A stretch of 64,000 bases of DNA from Bacillales bacterium UBA4855 (GTDB lineage: Bacteria > Bacillota_I > Bacilli_A > RFN20 > CAG-826): NCBI GenBank assembly GCA_002399785.1, contig DHEH01000010.1, positions 68,106 through 132,105 of the forward strand. The letters are read 5' to 3'. The stretch's first letter is position 1. Each line of letters begins with the position of its first letter. The notes beneath the pieces are model-generated. The model was not told the DNA's origin. It worked only from the letters and a program-made list of their open reading frames with translations, and did not search any database. Shown one piece after another: positions 53,730 through 64,000 of the stretch. The position numbers and the translations under genes are program-made.

Positions 53730-54938
53730 CTATTTCAATATCTCTTCGATTGGATCGCCAACCATTGTTTTATCTTTTTTAAGACCAAAATTCTCTAAAA
53801 TAGTTGAACCAATAGCTCCAAAGGATTGAACATCGCCAAGACATCTTCCGTCATTAATTGCTTTAGAATAAACCAATAATGGGACTTTTTCACGAGTATG
53901 ATCAGTTCCTCCCCAAGTTGGATCATTTCCGTGATCTGCTGTAACCATAATTAAATCATCATCATTAATCGAAGATATCAATTCTTTTAATCTAGGATCA
54001 AATTCTTCAATACATTTTGCATAACCTAAAGTATTTCTTCTATGTCCAAATTCGCTATCAAATTCAACAAGATTTACAAAACATAGACCTTCTTTAAAAT
54101 TTTTCGATTTAGCAATTTCAATAGTTTTATCCATTCCGTCTTGATTAGAAATAGTATGAACAGTCTCAGTGACACCTACGCTATTAAATATATCGTTAAT
54201 TTTACCAACACAACTTACGGATAAGTTGTTATCTTTAAGAATATCCATAGCTGTAATTCCACTTGGACTAACAGCGTAATCGTGCCTATTGCTTGTACGT
54301 TTAAATTCACCGACTTTTTCGCCAACAAAAGGACGTGCGATAACTCTTCCAACAAACCATTCAGGTTTCATACATAATTTACGAGCAATTTCGCAACATC
54401 TATAAAGCTCGTTTAAGCCCATATACTTTTCAGAGCCGCATAATTGAAGAACTGAATCGCTAGATGTATAAATAATTAAAGCATTTTCTTTAATTGATTG
54501 TTCTCCTAAATCATTAAGAATAACGGTACCGCTACTAGCATAATTTCCAATTAATTTATGTCCAGTTTTCTTACTTAATTCATCTAATAAATCTTGAGGA
54601 AAACCTGTATCCGTAAATGTTTTAAATGGTTTTGTAGTTAAAATTCCCATCATTTCCCAATGACCAGTCATTGTATCTTTTCCGTTACTAGATTCATTTA
54701 ACTTAATCGAATAACTATTTGGGTGCTTAACAATAGCGACATCATTCAATTCATCGATATCAGCAACTCCCAAACTTTCTAATGTAGGAATATTTAATTT
54801 TTTTGCTTCACTAATATGTTTAAATGTATTTGCTCCAAGGTCGCTAATTTCACCAGTTTGATGAAAAGCATTTTGATCCTTAGCATGTCCGATTCCTAAA
54901 GAATCCATAACAATTACAAAAATTCTTTTATATTTCAT
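53730..54938 (-). CDS. deoB: Phosphopentomutase
   Basis: 402 aa alkaline-phosphatase-superfamily phosphopentomutase motifs (DSLGIG, TADHGNDP). Confidence 0.9.
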   Translation of the reverse strand: MKYKRIFVIVMDSLGIGHAKDQNAFHQTGEISDLGANTFKHISEAKKLNIPTLESLGVADIDELNDVAIVKHPNSYSIKLNESSNGKDTMTGHWEMMGILTTKPFKTFTDTGFPQDLLDELSKKTGHKLIGNYASSGTVILNDLGEQSIKENALIIYTSSDSVLQLCGSEKYMGLNELYRCCEIARKLCMKPEWFVGRVIARPFVGEKVGEFKRTSNRHDYAVSPSGITAMDILKDNNLSVSCVGKINDIFNSVGVTETVHTISNQDGMDKTIEIAKSKNFKEGLCFVNLVEFDSEFGHRRNTLGYAKCIEEFDPRLKELISSINDDDLIMVTADHGNDPTWGGTDHTREKVPLLVYSKAINDGRCLGDVQSFGAIGSTILENFGLKKDKTMVGDPIEEILK

Positions 54939-54973
54939 ATAATCTCCCCGATATTTCTTCTATTTATTATATT

Positions 54974-55873
54974 TTATTTCTTTTTCCAATACAAATCATA
55001 AGCGTTAATAATGTGTTGATTACTTAAATGTGTATAAATTTGGGTAGTTTCTACCTTGGTATGACCAAGCATTTCTTGTACTGCCCTTAAATCTGCTCCA
55101 TTTTCTAATAAATGAGTTGCAAAAGAGTGCCTTAAAGTATGCGGATGAATATCTTTTTCGATTCCACATTGTTTTGCATATTTTTTAATACAAGTAAAAA
55201 AATATTGTCTAGATAATCTCTTGCCTTGTTTGTTAAGAAAAACATAGTTTTTTTCGACAATTACACCTTTATTCCTTACTTCAGAAATATACATTTTAAG
55301 AAATTTTATTGATTCATCTCTGATTGGAATCGATCTTTCTTTTTTACCTTTTCCTACAACTGTGATTATATGTTCATCAACATTTATTTGTTTAAGTTGC
55401 AAGTTTATTAATTCACTAACTCTCAAACCGGACGAATACATAGTCTCAATCATGGCTTTATCACGTAATTTATTGCCTTTTTTGATATTTGGAACCGACA
55501 TTAAACGATCTATTTCTGCAACAGTTAAATAAACTGGCAAGGTTTTCTCTCTTTTTGGCATTATGATTGGTTTTACAAGACCTTTTTTAATACCTTCAGT
55601 ATCCAAAAATAAGAAAAAATTCTTTAAAACTGTAATTCTTCGAGCAATTGAACTAGTTTTAAGACCGTTTAACGATTGTTGATAAGTAAATTCTTCGATA
55701 TCAGAATCATTCAAGTCATCTATCGTCTTTTTGTCTGGAAAATATTTTAAAAATAAACGAAAATCTTCGTTATAGTCGTATATTGTTATTTTTGTTAAAT
55801 TTTTTTCAAATAAACAATATTGAATAAATCTTGAAATAGCATCACTTAGATCCATTTTTAAATAAATCCTCAT
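54974..55873 (-). CDS. xerD: Tyrosine recombinase XerD (chromosome dimer resolution)
   Basis: R...HxxR...Y catalytic set (HTLRHSFATHLL, GHTKVETTQIYTHL). Adjacent to deoB like ripX-drm in B. subtilis. Confidence 0.8.
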   Translation of the reverse strand: MRIYLKMDLSDAISRFIQYCLFEKNLTKITIYDYNEDFRLFLKYFPDKKTIDDLNDSDIEEFTYQQSLNGLKTSSIARRITVLKNFFLFLDTEGIKKGLVKPIIMPKREKTLPVYLTVAEIDRLMSVPNIKKGNKLRDKAMIETMYSSGLRVSELINLQLKQINVDEHIITVVGKGKKERSIPIRDESIKFLKMYISEVRNKGVIVEKNYVFLNKQGKRLSRQYFFTCIKKYAKQCGIEKDIHPHTLRHSFATHLLENGADLRAVQEMLGHTKVETTQIYTHLSNQHIINAYDLYWKKK

Positions 55874-57071
55874 CTTTCAATTCACTCGCTCGAAAAAACA
55901 TTTTTTTATTAATTTCTCTATTTAAACTTTCGATTATATCGTGAGTTTTATCAATACTGTCATCGTTTTCAAAATCGTCAAAAGTCATTTGAATCTTAGC
56001 GTCCTTAGCGTCAGTTAAATTTTGAAAACAAACGCCACTCATTCTTATCAATTGGCCATTGTATGTTTCTTTAAATAAATTTCTAACAGCTTCTATTATA
56101 GTATCATCATTATTTGTGGGATTCATCAATGTTTTAGAGAATTGTTTAACTTTAAATTGGCAACTTTCTTCATCAAATTTTGCGTTTTTATAAGTTAATT
56201 GTATTGTTTTTGTTAATTTTTTTGCTTTATGTAACTCTTTAAGAATTGATTTCGTTTGCTGAATCATAAAAGACAAAATGAATTCCGAGTCGTCCGAATT
56301 CTCTTCAAAAGTAGAAGTAGTTCCGATGCTTTTAGGATCACTAGGAGCAGTATTAATTTTAAAACTACTATTTCCTTCAAGTTCAGAAATGATAGAAGTA
56401 GAAAATGAACCAATAATACCATTAACATCATCTCTTTGTGATTTAATCCCATAATATAAATCACCAATCGTTTTTATACCTATTTCTTCTAAAATTGGAT
56501 AAGTTTTTTTACCAATTCCAAAAAAGGTTTTAATTGGCAAAGGAAAAATCTTTGATGGAATATCTTTTTTTCGAATTATTGTTATGCCGTTTGGTTTTTT
56601 CATATCGCTACCCATTTTTGCCAAAAATTTTGTTGGAGCAACACCTATGGAGCATTTTAATTTTGTTTTATTAAATAACCCAATCTGAAATTCTTTTAAG
56701 AATTCATCAATATTATTGTTACCATATTGATAATAAACATTAGTAAAATCAGCAAAACATTCATCGACACTCGTTTGTTCCACTAGACTCGTATACGTTC
56801 TTACATAATGAATAAATTCTCGACTATACAATTCGTAATTATGAAAATCACAAGGGATCACAATTAAGTTTTTACAAAGCATTTGTGCTTGAAACATTGG
56901 CATACCGGAATGAATTCCGTATTCTCTGGCTTTATAGGAACAAGTAGAAACTATTCCTCCCCTACCAACTCCTCCAACCGCAACAGGTTTACCTTCTAAT
57001 AAAGGATTTTTAATTTCTTCACATCTTACAAAGAAGGTATTTAAATCAATATGTAAAATTATTCTACTCAT
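55842..57071 (-). CDS. dinB: DNA polymerase IV
   Basis: MSRIILHIDLNTFFVRCE Y-family N-terminus, SVDECF. Confidence 0.88.
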   Translation of the reverse strand: MSRIILHIDLNTFFVRCEEIKNPLLEGKPVAVGGVGRGGIVSTCSYKAREYGIHSGMPMFQAQMLCKNLIVIPCDFHNYELYSREFIHYVRTYTSLVEQTSVDECFADFTNVYYQYGNNNIDEFLKEFQIGLFNKTKLKCSIGVAPTKFLAKMGSDMKKPNGITIIRKKDIPSKIFPLPIKTFFGIGKKTYPILEEIGIKTIGDLYYGIKSQRDDVNGIIGSFSTSIISELEGNSSFKINTAPSDPKSIGTTSTFEENSDDSEFILSFMIQQTKSILKELHKAKKLTKTIQLTYKNAKFDEESCQFKVKQFSKTLMNPTNNDDTIIEAVRNLFKETYNGQLIRMSGVCFQNLTDAKDAKIQMTFDDFENDDSIDKTHDIIESLNREINKKMFFRASELKDEDLFKNGSK

Positions 57072-57112
57072 ATTTAACCTCCTTTATTTACTATTTTTAT
57101 ACTATTTATTTA

Positions 57113-57313
57113 CTATTTATCAACTTTTTCTAGATTATCAACCATATCTTTAGCATGTTTAATTTTTTCTTCTAAATCTGTAATAAGTGTTTGAGCTTCA
57201 GAATATAGTTCAATAGATTTCTCAATTGAAAGTTCTCCGCTTTCTATTTTTTCAGAAATATATTCTAATCTCTTCATCTCTTCTTCAAATGTTTTATTAG
57301 TTTTTTCGTTCAT
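57113..57313 (-). CDS. xseB: Exodeoxyribonuclease VII small subunit
   Basis: 66 aa, FEEEMKRLEYISEKIESGELSIEKSIELY. Confidence 0.85.
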   Translation of the reverse strand: MNEKTNKTFEEEMKRLEYISEKIESGELSIEKSIELYSEAQTLITDLEEKIKHAKDMVDNLEKVDK

Positions 57314-58539
57314 TTTGAAACTCCTTCTTTAATTATTTTATCAACAACAACATTTACTTGTCCATCTCGATACCTGATAGTTAATTGATCATTAGTGTGT
57401 AATTTATTAACATTTGTGATTAATTTACCATCACTATCAAAAGTGAGAACATAACCTTTCTTTAATAAATTCAAAGGGTTCGATAATTCAATTTTTGTTT
57501 TTAGAATATCAACATCATTTGAAAGTTCCACAATGTATTTATTATAATCATTTTCGATTTTAATTGATAAATTTGAAATTCGAGAAATATACTGATCGTA
57601 AACTGCACCAACATTAACAAATACTTTATTCTTTAAAATGTTAGCAACTCTCAATTCGTAACGATTTATCATTGATTTTAATAAAGTTTGAATATTACCT
57701 TTATAATACTCAACTTCTTTATACAAATCTTTGATATCACTAACAGCTATTTCACAAGCTCCAGTTGGTGTGCTTGCATGAGCATCTGATGATAAATCAC
57801 ATAAAGATAGATTAATTTCATGCCCAATTGCAGTGATTATTGGAACTTTGCAATTTGCGACTTTCCTAACTAATTTTTCATCATCAAAAGCGCTCAAATC
57901 TTCAACTGATCCACCGCCTCTACCCAAAATTATAATATCAGGAGAATCATTTTCACATTCAGTAATTGCTCTAATTAAATCTTGAGGTGCATCACTACCC
58001 TGCACTTTTGCGCCATAAACTTTTATTTTTACCATCGGATTTCTTCTATTAAGGTTAAATACAAAATCACGTTCAGCAGCGCTATTTTTACCAGTAATAA
58101 TACCGATTTTTTTGGGATAAATTGGTATTTTCTTTTTTCTATTAACATCAAAAAGTCCTTCTAAAACTAATTTATTTTTAAGCATTTCTTTTTTCAACAA
58201 TAAATTGCCTTCTCCATAAGGAATAATTTTTTTACATATTATTTGGTATGTACCAGCAACTGTATAACTTGAAATTGAGCCAACAACAAGAACTTCATCG
58301 CCATCTTTCATCTCAAAATCTAACGACATTGTATCGTATTTAAACATCACGGCATTAATTGAAGCAAATTCGTCTTTAAGTGAAAAATAAATGTGCCCAT
58401 TTCTATTACGCCCACGATAATTAGATATCTCACCAATTAATCCAATGCCTTGTAAAGTTATTGTATTATCAAAAAGTGATTTTATATACTCATTAACTTC
58501 TTTAATCGAATAATAATCTTTATTGCTTATATTTATCAT
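57310..58539 (-). CDS. xseA: Exodeoxyribonuclease VII large subunit
   Basis: 409 aa; OB fold N-terminus, catalytic RGGGS motif. Confidence 0.88.
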   Translation of the reverse strand: MINISNKDYYSIKEVNEYIKSLFDNTITLQGIGLIGEISNYRGRNRNGHIYFSLKDEFASINAVMFKYDTMSLDFEMKDGDEVLVVGSISSYTVAGTYQIICKKIIPYGEGNLLLKKEMLKNKLVLEGLFDVNRKKKIPIYPKKIGIITGKNSAAERDFVFNLNRRNPMVKIKVYGAKVQGSDAPQDLIRAITECENDSPDIIILGRGGGSVEDLSAFDDEKLVRKVANCKVPIITAIGHEINLSLCDLSSDAHASTPTGACEIAVSDIKDLYKEVEYYKGNIQTLLKSMINRYELRVANILKNKVFVNVGAVYDQYISRISNLSIKIENDYNKYIVELSNDVDILKTKIELSNPLNLLKKGYVLTFDSDGKLITNVNKLHTNDQLTIRYRDGQVNVVVDKIIKEGVSK

Positions 58540-58945
58540 TTAAACAATTATCCAAAACGGCATTAACGAACTTATAATCTTTGTCGTCGTCACCATATTT
58601 TTTGGCTAATTTAACGGCGACATCAATTGAAACGCCTTTGTCTTCGTTTAAATATATGTAATTTGTTACAGCTAAAATTAAAATAGCTTGTATACAACTA
58701 TTTAAACGAGAAAATTTCCAATTTTTTAAGTAATTCGAAATATGATCCACTATTCGATCTTGATTTTTTAAAGCGGTAATCAATATTTCCTTGATAAAAA
58801 TCGAACTATCCTTGTAAGGTTCATTGGTTAAATTTTCAATAGTCGCAACAACATCAATTGGTTGATCAATAGATTCGTCTATTAAAAAACCATACATTGC
58901 TTGCATTGCTAGTTCTTGTTCTTTATTTCTTGATGTTTGTTGCAT
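58520..58945 (-). CDS. nusB: Transcription antitermination factor NusB
   Basis: 141 aa; RNKEQELAMQAMYGF N-terminus typical of NusB; nusB-xseA order conserved. Confidence 0.8.
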   Translation of the reverse strand: MQQTSRNKEQELAMQAMYGFLIDESIDQPIDVVATIENLTNEPYKDSSIFIKEILITALKNQDRIVDHISNYLKNWKFSRLNSCIQAILILAVTNYIYLNEDKGVSIDVAVKLAKKYGDDDKDYKFVNAVLDNCLNDKYKQ

Positions 58946-58965
58946 ATAATCCCCGTTCCAACGAA

Positions 58966-59283
58966 TTATTTAATATCAAATACCAGTTTAATGTCAACTG
59001 ATTTTTCATCAGCATCACATAACAACTTTAAATTTGCATAAATAATACTTTCAACTTCTTTTTGTAATTCTTCTTTATTTTCTTTTTCTGAAGCTTTAAC
59101 ATGAATTTTATAAAAAACATGATTTTCTTTAATTAAAACTTCGACATCGCCAAACTTTTCTTTGTTTTTTTCTAAATCAATCTCTTTTGTTAAACAATGT
59201 TCAGCCACCGCTTTAAAAACATTTTTATTAATACCTAAATCACCATTTTGACAATAATTTTCTAAATATTGATAATTTTTCAT
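58966..59283 (-). CDS. Asp23/Gls24-family protein (YqhY-like)
   Basis: 105 aa; position upstream of nusB as yqhY in B. subtilis. Confidence 0.6.
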   Translation of the reverse strand: MKNYQYLENYCQNGDLGINKNVFKAVAEHCLTKEIDLEKNKEKFGDVEVLIKENHVFYKIHVKASEKENKEELQKEVESIIYANLKLLCDADEKSVDIKLVFDIK

Positions 59284-59299
59284 ATAAAGCCTCCTTTTT

Positions 59300-61288
59300 T
59301 TATTTTAATAAATCTTGAATCTTTTTAACAATCGAATCCAATCCAAAACCTATATGTTCAACAACATCTTCAGCTTTGGCACTGGCTCCGAAATGATCGT
59401 ATCCAATATTGTTTGGAGCATACTTACCCCAACCAAATGTAGATGCCATTTCAAGACTAACTCGTTTAGTATAATCTTTTCCGATGATAGAATCCTTATA
59501 TTTTTTAGTTTGTTGATCAAACAGCTCCATACATGGCATTGAAACAACTCTGATTCCTTTACCTTTTTCTTTAAGAGCCTTTTTAGCTTCAATTGCTAAA
59601 CTGACTTCACTTCCGGTTGCAATAATAACCATTTTACAAACTTTTAATGATTCTTTATCAACAATATACGCGCCTTTTTTGACATCATCATATTCACTAC
59701 TGTTCTTAAGTAAAGGCAAATCTTGCCTGCTCAAAATAAGAGCACTAGGAGTATGAACTTGCTCAAGAGCAATACGATAGGAAGCATAAGTTTCACGAGA
59801 ATCACATGGTCTAAAAGTAAGTAAATTTGGGATACTTCTTAAAGCAGCAAGATGTTCGATTGGTTGATGTGTTGGACCGTCTTCTCCAACCATCACTGAG
59901 TCGTGTGATAACAAATAAAGATTTGGACACTTCATTAAAGCAGCCATTCTAATTGCAGATTTTGCATAATCACTAAAAACAAAGAATGATCCAGTATAAG
60001 TTCTTAATCCACCATGAAGTAATATTCCGTTAGATGCAGCTTGCATCAAAAACTCTCTAATACCCCAATTGATATTGGTTCCTTCACGATGTTCTGGAGA
60101 ATAAGTTATTCCATTTTTAAGCTCAGTTTTGACTGAACCAGCAACGTCAGCACTACCACCAACAAAATTTGGCAATAATTCATGAAAATAATTTAATATA
60201 CGATGCGAAGCGTTTCTGGTAGATTCAACTTTTAAATTATCAATCTTTAAATTAAGTTTATTTAAATATTTTGAAACATCATTTGAAGCAAAAGTAACTA
60301 CTTCATCATAAGTTTTTTCATCATTCTTCTTTAATTCTTCCATTGCTAAAGAATGTTGAGCAAAAGCTTGTTGTCCTCTATTATAGAAGGAGTTTTCGAA
60401 ATTTTTATACACTTCTTGAGGCAATTCGAATTGATTATGTCCGACATAACCATAAAATTCTTTGGCTTTTTCACCATCTTCAGCACCAAGTGGAGCACCA
60501 TGTACTTTATGTGTACCTTGATTTGCGCTTCCAAAACCAATAATTGTTTTATATATAATTAAAGTTGGATTAGAAATACTCTTTCTAGCTTTTTTAATAG
60601 ATTTTTGAATATCTTTTAAATTATTCCCGTCTTTAACATAAACCACATCCCATCCAGCACTTAAAAATCTTTCAATAGTATTTTCTTTATTACTTTGAGC
60701 CAATGGACCATCCAAAGTGACATCATTAGCATCATATAAAAGAATTAATCTATTTAAGTGTTCTAAACCAGCAAAAGTAATTGCTTCTTGAGAAATTCCT
60801 TCTTCTAAGCATCCGTCCCCACACATACAATATGTATAATGGTCGTATATTTTATTACCATATTTTGCTCTAAGCATAGTTTCAGCCATTGCTAAACCAA
60901 CTGCTTCAGCAATACCTTGGCCTAATGGACCACTGCCAGCATCAATTCCGTCAGTAACTCCAACTTCTGGATGTCCTGGAGTAATTGAACCGTATTGACG
61001 AAATTGTTTTAAATCATCAACAGATATATTAAATTTGCATAAGTGCAACACAGTGTACAAAAGACTTGAGGCATGTCCACAGCTCAAAACGAAACGATCT
61101 CTATCAATCCAATTTGGATTTTTTGGATCAGCTTTCATGAAGTCCTTATAAAGGACATAAAGCATTGGAGCGCAACTTAAAGCAGCGCCTGGGTGGCCGC
61201 TTTTAGCTTTATTGATCATGTCAATACAATTAGCTCTAATAGCAGCAACGCTCAAATCATCAACTGTCTTAATCTTTTGTTTTTTCAT
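59300..61288 (-). CDS. tkt: Transketolase
   Basis: 662 aa; TPP-binding GDGC...E.G, HDS and GEDGPTHQ motifs. Confidence 0.95.
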   Translation of the reverse strand: MKKQKIKTVDDLSVAAIRANCIDMINKAKSGHPGAALSCAPMLYVLYKDFMKADPKNPNWIDRDRFVLSCGHASSLLYTVLHLCKFNISVDDLKQFRQYGSITPGHPEVGVTDGIDAGSGPLGQGIAEAVGLAMAETMLRAKYGNKIYDHYTYCMCGDGCLEEGISQEAITFAGLEHLNRLILLYDANDVTLDGPLAQSNKENTIERFLSAGWDVVYVKDGNNLKDIQKSIKKARKSISNPTLIIYKTIIGFGSANQGTHKVHGAPLGAEDGEKAKEFYGYVGHNQFELPQEVYKNFENSFYNRGQQAFAQHSLAMEELKKNDEKTYDEVVTFASNDVSKYLNKLNLKIDNLKVESTRNASHRILNYFHELLPNFVGGSADVAGSVKTELKNGITYSPEHREGTNINWGIREFLMQAASNGILLHGGLRTYTGSFFVFSDYAKSAIRMAALMKCPNLYLLSHDSVMVGEDGPTHQPIEHLAALRSIPNLLTFRPCDSRETYASYRIALEQVHTPSALILSRQDLPLLKNSSEYDDVKKGAYIVDKESLKVCKMVIIATGSEVSLAIEAKKALKEKGKGIRVVSMPCMELFDQQTKKYKDSIIGKDYTKRVSLEMASTFGWGKYAPNNIGYDHFGASAKAEDVVEHIGFGLDSIVKKIQDLLK

Positions 61289-61289
61289 T

Positions 61290-63038
61290 TTATTTCTCCT
61301 TGATTATGTCGATTCCTAAAACTTTCAATTGATCTTCATCAACTGGATAAGGGGCATTTGTAACAGGGCATACACCAGCAAGATTCTTAGGGAAAGCAAT
61401 AACATCACGTATATTGTCTGTTCCGCTTAAAATCATTGTTAATCTATCAAGACCAAAAGCTAAACCACCATGTGGAGGTGTTCCAAATTTTAAAGCATCA
61501 ACAAACCAACCAAACTTTTTTTGAATTCTTTCAGGAGTTAATCCTAATATTTCAAAAATTTCTTGTTGAACTTTTTGATCATAAATTCTTAAAGATCCAC
61601 CGCCAGCTTCGTATCCATTAATAACAATATCATACGCATAAGCATAAACATTAAATGGATCGGTTCTTAATTTTGACAAATCTTCATCACATGGACGAGT
61701 AAATGGATGGTGAACAGCAACAATTTCACCTGTTTCTTCACTCTTTTCAAACAATGGAAAATGTACAACCCATAACAAATCAAAAGTATTTGGCTTAATT
61801 AAATTTAATTTCTTTGCCATCATACTTCTTAAAGCACCAACACCAAAACATACATTATGTTTATCGTTTCCACTACCAACAAATATGACATCGCCATTTT
61901 TAGCATCCATAGCTTGTATAACGTTTTTAATTTGTTCAGGATTCATGAATTTTACTAAAGAACCTTCTAAAGTATCATTTTCAACTTTGAAGCAAGCATA
62001 AAACTTCATTCCAAACTTATTAGCAAGCAAATTATATTCGTCTTGCTTTTTTCTGCTTGTTTCTTCAGCAATTCCTTCAATTTTTATAGCTTTAATAAAC
62101 TTTGAATCTTTCCAAGCGCCAAATTCTGTTTTATCTAAAATATCTTTTAAATCTACTAATTTCATTCCAAAACGAGTATCTGGTTTATCACTACCATAAA
62201 AATTGACAGCATCATCATATTCCATATGTCTTAAAGGAAGTTGAACATCGAAATCAACAACTTCTTTAAAAACTTTCTTCAAGAAACCCTCAGCCATCGC
62301 AAGAATTTCATCTTCATTCATAAAAGACATTTCAACATCTATCTGAGTAAAATCTGGTTGTCTATCAGCACGTAAATCTTCATCTCTAAAGCATCTTGCT
62401 ACTTGATAATATCTATCAAAACCAGCAACCATCAACATTTGTTTAAATAATTGAGGAGATTGAGGTAAAGCATAAAAAGATCCTTTTTTTAATCTAGATG
62501 GAACAAGATAATCTCTTGCACCTTCTGGTGTAGAAGGACTTAAATATGGAGTTTCAACATTTACAAAATCATTGCTAGAAAAATAATCATGAGCACATTT
62601 TGTAATTTTTGCTCTCGTTAAAAATCTATTAACCATAGATTGTCTTCTTAAATCTAGATAACGATATTTTAAACGGATATCTTCACTTGCATCAGTATCA
62701 TCACTAATAACAATTGGAGGTTGTTCGCTTGTGTTAATTAAAACTACTTTGTCAGCAACTATTTCAATATCTCCAGTTGCTAAATTTTTATTAGGAACAT
62801 CTTTTTTGCTAATTTTACCAAATACTTGAATTATATATTCATTACGAATATCAGGTAATTCAACATCTTCAGGTTTAACAACAACTTGAACAATTCCCCA
62901 TCTATCGCGTAAATCGATAAAAACAAGAGAACCTAAATTTCTTCTTTTTTGAACCCAACCAATAACAATAACTGATTTTCCAACATCAGCTAATCTTAAA
63001 TCACCACAACGATTAGTTCTTTCAAATTTTTCATTCAT
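61290..63038 (-). CDS. aspS: Aspartate--tRNA ligase
   Basis: 582 aa; class IIb motifs (FRDEDLRADRQPDFTQ, GGGSLR), OB anticodon-binding domain. Confidence 0.95.
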   Translation of the reverse strand: MNEKFERTNRCGDLRLADVGKSVIVIGWVQKRRNLGSLVFIDLRDRWGIVQVVVKPEDVELPDIRNEYIIQVFGKISKKDVPNKNLATGDIEIVADKVVLINTSEQPPIVISDDTDASEDIRLKYRYLDLRRQSMVNRFLTRAKITKCAHDYFSSNDFVNVETPYLSPSTPEGARDYLVPSRLKKGSFYALPQSPQLFKQMLMVAGFDRYYQVARCFRDEDLRADRQPDFTQIDVEMSFMNEDEILAMAEGFLKKVFKEVVDFDVQLPLRHMEYDDAVNFYGSDKPDTRFGMKLVDLKDILDKTEFGAWKDSKFIKAIKIEGIAEETSRKKQDEYNLLANKFGMKFYACFKVENDTLEGSLVKFMNPEQIKNVIQAMDAKNGDVIFVGSGNDKHNVCFGVGALRSMMAKKLNLIKPNTFDLLWVVHFPLFEKSEETGEIVAVHHPFTRPCDEDLSKLRTDPFNVYAYAYDIVINGYEAGGGSLRIYDQKVQQEIFEILGLTPERIQKKFGWFVDALKFGTPPHGGLAFGLDRLTMILSGTDNIRDVIAFPKNLAGVCPVTNAPYPVDEDQLKVLGIDIIKEK

Positions 63039-63041
63039 ATT

Positions 63042-64000
63042 TTATTCTTCTTTCTTATCTTTGCATTCACATCCACATCCGCAATGGCACTCATGTTCGT
63101 GTTCATGTTCTTCTTCAACACCTAATAATTCGTCCAATTTATCAATTAAATCTTCTATTTTTACTTTAATTTGCTTTTGCTCCGACAAATCCTTTAAAAC
63201 AACTTCTTTATTTTGAACTTCTTCTGAACCAATAATAATTCCAAATGTCGAATTTCTTCTAGTAGCTTTTTTAAACATTTGACCCATCGACTTATTTTCC
63301 AAACAAATATCAGCATTAAATCCATTATCTCGAATATAATTGGTGACATTAAACGCATAATCAATGTTTTCTTCACCAATTGGCATTACATAAGCATCAA
63401 GGAACAAATCATTTCTATTTATTTCATCGAATAAATGATCATCATTCATAACTGCAACAAGTCTTTCGATACCCATTGCATATCCAACGCCTTCAACACT
63501 TGGTCCACCAATTTCTGCAATTAAATTTGAATAATGTCCGCCAGCTCCGATTGCACCGTAATTTTTACCTTCTTTAGAGGTGTAATGAAATTCAAAAACA
63601 ACTCCACTATAATAATCTAATCCCCTAACTAAGCCATCATCAATACTATATTTTACTTCGTTATCGTCTAAAATTTTAAGCAAGGTATTAAAATCTTTTT
63701 TTGCATTTTCCGTTAAATAATCACCCATTTTAGGAGCTTTTTTAACTATTTCTTGATCTTCTGGTACTTTGCAATCAAGAATACGTAATACATTTAATTT
63801 ATATCTTTCCTGACAATCTTCACACATGTTAGAAATTGAAGAAGCGAAGAAATCTTTTAAGGCTTTCTTATAATTCTCACGGCTTTCAGCATCTCCTAAA
63901 GAATTTATTTTTAACTCAAGATTTTTGAAACCAAGCATTTGAAGTTGAGAATAGGCCATAACAATTGTTTCTGCATCTCTATAAGGAGAAGAAACTCCGG
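63042..64000 (-). CDS. hisS: Histidine--tRNA ligase (partial; N-terminus beyond window end)
   Basis: C-terminal catalytic and anticodon-binding part of HisS (GGRYD-like GGHYSNL). Cys/His-rich tail HEHEHECHCGCGCECK. Confidence 0.85.
   Translation of the reverse strand, partial: GVSSPYRDAETIVMAYSQLQMLGFKNLELKINSLGDAESRENYKKALKDFFASSISNMCEDCQERYKLNVLRILDCKVPEDQEIVKKAPKMGDYLTENAKKDFNTLLKILDDNEVKYSIDDGLVRGLDYYSGVVFEFHYTSKEGKNYGAIGAGGHYSNLIAEIGGPSVEGVGYAMGIERLVAVMNDDHLFDEINRNDLFLDAYVMPIGEENIDYAFNVTNYIRDNGFNADICLENKSMGQMFKKATRRNSTFGIIIGSEEVQNKEVVLKDLSEQKQIKVKIEDLIDKLDELLGVEEEHEHEHECHCGCGCECKDKKEE

Noticed and set aside
54974-55873. Tyrosine recombinase as a possible integrase marking a mobile element or prophage.
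   Set aside because: It has the XerD-type catalytic motifs and sits next to deoB exactly as ripX (xerD)-drm does in B. subtilis. No attachment-site repeats, phage genes or tRNA nearby. Called chromosomal XerD.

Overview
AT-rich (~28% GC) bacterial chromosome segment, read with the standard genetic code. TGA is not recoded: Trp is TGG and long conserved genes are intact. Gene order follows the low-GC Firmicutes/Tenericutes backbone seen in B. subtilis: holA-rpsT ... lepA-hemW-hrcA-grpE-dnaK-dnaJ ... rsmE-mtaB-rpmF; rpsU ... ybeY-cdd-era-recO-glyQS-dnaG-sigA-trmK-nif3; cshB-nfo-ispG; rpmG-efp-yneF-plsY-parE-parC; yqeG-yqeH-yhbY-yqeK; deoB-xerD-dinB-xseBA-nusB-asp23-tkt-aspS-hisS. Coding density is about 90%, with short intergenic regions and recognisable rho-independent terminators. 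No rRNA, tRNA, CRISPR array, IS element or prophage is visible. Non-backbone content, from start to end: (1) a RecB-family PD-(D/E)xK nuclease fused to an XPD/DinG-type Fe-S helicase, translationally coupled to fmt; (2) a Fic-like protein with a degenerate active-site motif plus a small membrane protein, inserted between lepA and hemW; (3) hrcA preceded by two CIRCE operators; (4) a hydC-hydB-hydA [FeFe]-hydrogenase operon carrying two in-frame TAA codons and a 3' frameshift, i.e. apparently decaying; (5) a C39-peptidase/ABC-TMD protein without an ATPase domain, inserted in the rpsU-ybeY cluster behind a structured leader; (6) a divergent sigma-70 paralog inserted between dnaG and sigA; (7) a small accessory island at 49.6-53.7 kb holding an orphan ABC importer (substrate-binding protein plus permease, no ATPase), a MazF/PemK-like protein and a large surface protein, with DnaA-box-like motifs nearby.
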